Below, piece after piece: positions 60,043-64,000 of a stretch of 64,000 nucleotides of DNA. Position 1 is the first letter of the stretch; each line of letters starts with the position of its first letter. The DNA is taken from assembly GCA_024692825.1 (NCBI GenBank), contig JAILMB010000050.1, positions 686 through 64,685 on the forward strand. Direction: 5' to 3'. Made by a program: the position numbers and the translations under genes. The notes beneath the pieces are model-generated. The model saw nothing but the letters and a program-made list of their open reading frames with translations, ran no database searches and was not told the origin of the DNA. The stretch is from Lachnospiraceae bacterium. Its GTDB lineage: Bacteria > Bacillota > Clostridia > Lachnospirales > Lachnospiraceae.

Positions 60043-61167
60043 ATGGATAAGAAAGAATTGTTGTTAGCGTTAAACACAGTTGAAAATGAAAAAAGCATCG
60101 ATAAGGATTCCTTGATTGAAGCAATTAAAGGTTCTATCTTAAATGCATGTAAGCAGTATTTTGGAACTGCAGAAAATATTTCTGTTGAAATTGATGCTAC
60201 TACTGGAGAGAATCACGTATATGCATCTAAGAAGGTTGTTGATCAGAAAGACTTACAGGATGAAGCTCTTGAACTTACATTAGAAGAAGCTCATGAAATC
60301 AACAGCGGTTTAGAATTAGGTGATGTAGTTCGTATTGAAATTGATACTAAGAGCTTTGGACGTATCGTTACAAATTCTTCAAAGAATATGATTATTCAAA
60401 AGATTCGTGAAGATGAAAGAAATACAATCTACAATGAGTTCTATGAGAAAGAACATCAGGTTGTAACTGGTATTGTACAGCGTTACAGTGGAGACAATAT
60501 CTCTATTAACCTTGGTAAGGCTGATGCTATTCTTACAAAGAACGAGCAGATTGAAGGAGAACATTACAAACCTACAGATCGTATTAAGGTTTATATCCTT
60601 GAAGTTCGTAATACACAAAAGGGATTACGTATGAGAGTGTCTCGTACACATCCTGAACTTGTGAAAAAGTTATTTGAAGAAGAAGTTACAGAAGTTCGTG
60701 ATGGAATTGTTGAAATCAAAGCTATTGCCAGAGAAGCTGGTAATAGAAGTAAGATTGCAGTTTGGTCAAATGATCCGGATGTAGATCCTGTTGGAGCTTG
60801 TGTAGGTATGAACGGTAGCCGTGTAAATGCTATTGTATCTGAACTTCACAATGAAAAAATCGATATTATCAATTGGGATGAAAATCCTGCTTACTTAATT
60901 CAAAATGCTCTTTCACCTGCAATGGTAATTTCAGTTATTGCCGATTCAGATGAAAAGTCAGCAAAAGTAGTTGTTCCTGATGATCAGTTGTCACTTGCAA
61001 TTGGTATGAAGGGTCAGAATGCTAGACTTGCAGCAAGATTAACAGGATTTAAGATTGATATTAAGTCTGAAACTCAGGCAAGAGAGTCTGGAGACTTCAT
61101 TGAGTATGATGAAGAGTATGAAGACGAGTATTATGATGAAGAATACTATGACAACGAAGAAGAATAA
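60043..61167 (+). CDS. nusA: Transcription termination/antitermination factor NusA
   Basis: 374 aa. N-terminal domain, S1 domain, two KH domains (GACVGMNGSRV, LAIGMKGQNARLA) and an acidic Y/E-rich tail. Confidence 0.95.
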   Translation: MDKKELLLALNTVENEKSIDKDSLIEAIKGSILNACKQYFGTAENISVEIDATTGENHVYASKKVVDQKDLQDEALELTLEEAHEINSGLELGDVVRIEIDTKSFGRIVTNSSKNMIIQKIREDERNTIYNEFYEKEHQVVTGIVQRYSGDNISINLGKADAILTKNEQIEGEHYKPTDRIKVYILEVRNTQKGLRMRVSRTHPELVKKLFEEEVTEVRDGIVEIKAIAREAGNRSKIAVWSNDPDVDPVGACVGMNGSRVNAIVSELHNEKIDIINWDENPAYLIQNALSPAMVISVIADSDEKSAKVVVPDDQLSLAIGMKGQNARLAARLTGFKIDIKSETQARESGDFIEYDEEYEDEYYDEEYYDNEEE

Positions 61168-61423
61168 ACCCTTAAGAAAATGTATCGGCTGTAACGAAAT
61201 GAAAGAAAAACATCTTTTGATTCGTATTGCAAAGATTTCAGATGACGAATTTCAATTCGATGAATCCGGAAAAATAAACGGCCGGGGAGCATATATTTGC
61301 AAAAACAAAGAGTGTTTGGAAAAAGCAATGAAAAATAAGGGATTAGAACGATCTTTTAAATGTAAAATTTCAATTGACCTTTATGATAGATTAGAGCAGG
61401 AGCTTAGAACGTATGAAGCCTGA
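61148..61423 (+). CDS. ylxR: YlxR/RnpM family RNA-binding protein (DUF448)
   Basis: Starts MTTKKNKPLRKCIGCNEMKEK, with GRGAYIC. This start gives a 20-nt overlap with the nusA 3' end. The tracked ORF start (61055) would put a further 93 nt inside nusA. Confidence 0.85.
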   Translation: MTTKKNKPLRKCIGCNEMKEKHLLIRIAKISDDEFQFDESGKINGRGAYICKNKECLEKAMKNKGLERSFKCKISIDLYDRLEQELRTYEA

Positions 61424-61730
61424 TAAAGTATTATCTATGCTTGGTATTGCGAAAAAAGCCGGCAACTTGAAATCTGGTTCTTTTCAAGTAGAGGAAGCAG
61501 TAAAAAGTCAAACGGCCTATTTGGTAATTGGAGCAACAGACGGTAGTGATCGTCGTAAAAAAGATATTACAAACATGTGTGAGTTTTACGAGACAGATTA
61601 CTTTTTCTATGGAACAAAAGAAGAGTTAGGCAAATGTATCGGAAAAGAGTACACAGCGCTGGTTGCTGTTACAGATGAGAAACTTGCAAAGTCTATTGTA
61701 GACAAAATTGATATCAAATCTTATAGATAG
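61413..61730 (+). CDS. L7Ae/L30e-family RNA-binding protein (YlxQ-like)
   Basis: 105 aa. LGIAKKAGNLKSG motif, in the conserved position between ylxR and infB. Confidence 0.85.
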   Translation: MKPDKVLSMLGIAKKAGNLKSGSFQVEEAVKSQTAYLVIGATDGSDRRKKDITNMCEFYETDYFFYGTKEELGKCIGKEYTALVAVTDEKLAKSIVDKIDIKSYR

Positions 61731-61741
61731 GAGGATTTTAG

Positions 61742-64000
61742 ATGGCTAAATTGAAAATTAAGGAATTAGCTGATGAAATCGGCATTAATAGTAAGGACAT
61801 AATTCAGTTTTTAAATGACAACGGAATTGAGGCAAAATCTTCAACAAAGGGTCTTGAAGATGAGCAGATTGAAATGGTTCGTAATAAGTTTTCTTCTGCA
61901 TCTTCTAATAAGGCTGAATCAAATTCTGAAAATAAGGCATCCCTAGATACAAAATCGGAAGAAGGGGCTGAGGATAAGCCTAAGAAAAAGAAGAATATTT
62001 CCGTTGTGGTTAACACTGGAAATTCAAGATATAACAAAAATTCCAACAACCGTAGACGTGATGATAGAAATCAGAGACAAAACAATGATCGAAGATCTTC
62101 ACAGGGTGGAAACCGTCCTCAGAGAAATGAGAACAAACCTCAGACATTTTCACCTATTAAGCCACGTCCAATGAGTGAGAGAACCGTTCGACCTCAGGCC
62201 ACACGCGTACAGCCAGAGGAAACAATGGAAAAGAAAGAAAATCAGACAAGTGCACCTAAGAAGGAATTTACAAATAATAACAATCGTCCTAACGATAGAA
62301 AACCTTCTAACAATCGTGGAAATGATCGTGGAAACGACCGCAATAACAATTTCAACAAGGACAATCGTCAAAATAATAGAAATAATGAGAGAAGTAATGA
62401 TCGTTCAAATGATCGTAACAACGATAGAAACTTCTCAAAAGATCGCAATCGAAACAATAACGCACCTGCTATGCAGGAAAACGCTAAACCTAAGGACGCT
62501 AATAGAGATCGTGATAACAGCAAGAAGAAGCATGGCACAAACAGAGATCATGATGCATTAGGCAAGAAACAGGAGCGTTACGTAAACCTTGAGAAAAACG
62601 GTGGTAAGAAGAAACAGAAGTATAAGAAAGAAACTCCTACTAGAAACGAGGATGAAATTCTTACCATTTCACTTCCTGAAAGAATTACCATTAAAGAATT
62701 AGCTGAAAAGATGTTGGTTCAGCCTTCAGAAATTGTTAAGAAACTCTTTATGAAAGGCCAGATGGTTACTGTAAACCAGGCAGTTGATTATGATCAGGCA
62801 GAAGAAATTGCTTTAGAGTTTAACTGCGTTTGTGAGCAGGAAGAAAAGGTAGATGTTATTGCTGAATTATTAAAAGAGGATGAAGAGGATCCAAAGGATT
62901 TAGTTGCTCGTCCTCCTGTAGTTTGTGTAATGGGTCACGTTGACCACGGTAAAACATCCCTTTTGGATGCAATTCGTGATACAAGAGTTACAGATAGAGA
63001 AGCCGGTGGTATTACTCAGAAGATCGGTGCTTATGGCGTTTCTATTAACGGCCAGAAGATTACCTTCTTAGATACACCAGGACATGAAGCGTTTACTGCT
63101 ATGCGTATGCGTGGAGCTTCTTCTACAGATATTGCAATCTTAGTTGTTGCTGCTGATGATGGTGTTATGCCTCAGACAGTAGAAGCTATTAACCATGCCA
63201 AGGCTGCTGGTATTGAAATCATTGTTGCTATTAACAAGATTGATAAGCCAAATGCGAATGTAGAACGTGTTAAACAGGAATTGTCTGAATATGAACTTAT
63301 TCCTTCTGATTGGGGCGGATCTACTGAATTTGTACCGGTTTCTGCTCATACCCATGAAGGTATTGATGACTTATTAGAGACTATTCTTTTAACTGCAGAA
63401 ATCTTAGAGTTAAAGGCAAATCCTAAGCGTAATGCCCGTGGTCTTTGTGTGGAAGCAGAGCTTGATAAGGGTCGTGGTGTAGTTGCTACTGTATTAGTAC
63501 AAAAAGGTACCCTTCATGTTGGTGATCCTGTTGCAGCAGGAAGTTCTTACGGTAAGGTTCGTGCTATGATCGATGAGCATGGACGCAATGTAAAGAAGGC
63601 AGGCCCTTCTACAGCTGTTGAGATTTTAGGTTTAAGTGAAGTTCCAAATGCAGGTGAAATCTTCGTTGCAATGGACAATGAAAAAGAAGCTCGTACCTTT
63701 GCTGAAACATTTGTTGCTGAAAATAAGAATAAGTTAATTGAAGAAACCAGAAGCAGAATGAGTTTAGATGATATCTTCTCTCAGATTCAGGCTGGTAACT
63801 TAAAAGAATTAGACTTAATTGTAAAAGCAGACGTACAGGGTTCTGTAGAAGCAGTGAAACAGTCTTTAGAGAAATTATCAAACGACGAAGTTGTAGTTAA
63901 GGTTATTCATGGTGGCGTTGGTGCCATTAATGAAAGCGATGTTATTTTAGCATCTGCTTCAAATGCGATTATTATCGGATTTAATGTTCGTCCAGACCCA
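61742..64000 (+). CDS. infB: Translation initiation factor IF-2 (3'-truncated by window end)
   Basis: The frame is open from ATG 61742 to the window end and is absent from the ORF track because it has no stop codon. It encodes [14 protein letters not shown]..., a long N/R/D-rich linker, and then the G domain ([24 protein letters not shown]). Confidence 0.95.
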   Translation, partial: MAKLKIKELADEIGINSKDIIQFLNDNGIEAKSSTKGLEDEQIEMVRNKFSSASSNKAESNSENKASLDTKSEEGAEDKPKKKKNISVVVNTGNSRYNKNSNNRRRDDRNQRQNNDRRSSQGGNRPQRNENKPQTFSPIKPRPMSERTVRPQATRVQPEETMEKKENQTSAPKKEFTNNNNRPNDRKPSNNRGNDRGNDRNNNFNKDNRQNNRNNERSNDRSNDRNNDRNFSKDRNRNNNAPAMQENAKPKDANRDRDNSKKKHGTNRDHDALGKKQERYVNLEKNGGKKKQKYKKETPTRNEDEILTISLPERITIKELAEKMLVQPSEIVKKLFMKGQMVTVNQAVDYDQAEEIALEFNCVCEQEEKVDVIAELLKEDEEDPKDLVARPPVVCVMGHVDHGKTSLLDAIRDTRVTDREAGGITQKIGAYGVSINGQKITFLDTPGHEAFTAMRMRGASSTDIAILVVAADDGVMPQTVEAINHAKAAGIEIIVAINKIDKPNANVERVKQELSEYELIPSDWGGSTEFVPVSAHTHEGIDDLLETILLTAEILELKANPKRNARGLCVEAELDKGRGVVATVLVQKGTLHVGDPVAAGSSYGKVRAMIDEHGRNVKKAGPSTAVEILGLSEVPNAGEIFVAMDNEKEARTFAETFVAENKNKLIEETRSRMSLDDIFSQIQAGNLKELDLIVKADVQGSVEAVKQSLEKLSNDEVVVKVIHGGVGAINESDVILASASNAIIIGFNVRPDP
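62040..62530 (+). repeat. In-frame low-complexity N/D/R-rich coding repeats in the IF-2 N-terminal linker
   Basis: The translation contains reiterated NDR/NNR units ([41 protein letters not shown]...). The DNA shows imperfect aat-gat-cgt reiterations. Confidence 0.6.

Noticed and set aside
61055-61147. N-terminal extension of the ylxR ORF overlapping nusA by 113 nt
   Set aside because: The extension translates the acidic nusA tail in another frame. YlxR family proteins start close to the ..KPLRKCIGC.. motif, which is served by the ATG at 61148.
62040-62530. Short reiterated DNA units that might be a CRISPR array or minisatellite
   Set aside because: The units are 9-nt-scale, imperfect, in-frame and coding (NDR repeats of IF-2). 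They show no 24-40-bp repeat/spacer periodicity. I saw no CRISPR-like array anywhere in the window.
62175-62561. 128-aa ORF in an alternative + frame, plus antisense ORFs at 61804-62049 and 62150-62371
   Set aside because: All fall within the IF-2 low-complexity repeat region, where the skewed composition suppresses stop codons in several frames. The infB frame is continuous from 61742 into the GTPase domain.
1-64000. Mobile elements, prophage, genomic island boundaries
   Set aside because: I saw no transposase, integrase or recombinase-like translations and no long inverted or direct repeats. The single tRNA is not flanked by foreign-looking genes, and composition looks uniform by eye. GC and codon statistics were not computed.

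Overview
This window looks like an AT-rich (by eye) core chromosomal segment of a Firmicutes/Clostridia bacterium, possibly Lachnospiraceae. That assignment is inferred from gene content and protein sequence style, not from a database search. About 50 tightly packed genes are present, and all but two (aroA and tyrA) lie on the + strand. They form long housekeeping arrays: rnc-smc-ftsY; leuS; icd plus an ABC-F ATPase; rex; nnr-alr; glgA; ftsK; fhs; rlmH-pdp-phoH-(HD membrane protein)-ybeY; mutS-mutL-miaA; mreBCD-PBP2-minC-rodA-mgsA; galE; a single tRNA-Glu(CUC); and rimP-nusA-ylxR-L7Ae-infB, with infB running off the window end. I found no CRISPR array, transposase, integrase, prophage or rRNA.

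The one element that does not fit the housekeeping context is a 522-aa ORF at 12127-13695. Its motifs read as an HD-less Cas10/Cmr2-type palm-domain (GGDEF-like) nucleotide polymerase/cyclase with apparently intact catalytic residues. It sits 27 nt downstream of an EF-G2-type translational GTPase paralogue and has no cas genes, repeats or recognisable CARF/SAVED effector nearby. This is the best candidate here for an undescribed nucleotide-signalling system.

Secondary oddities:
- a PgpH-like 7TM protein with a degenerate HD motif;
- a MinC that lacks the RSGQ motif and has no adjacent minDE;
- a PBP2 with a much-expanded N-terminal module;
- a near-consensus Rex box on the rex promoter.

All calls come from reading the translations and the DNA by eye. 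No searches, alignments or statistics were run.
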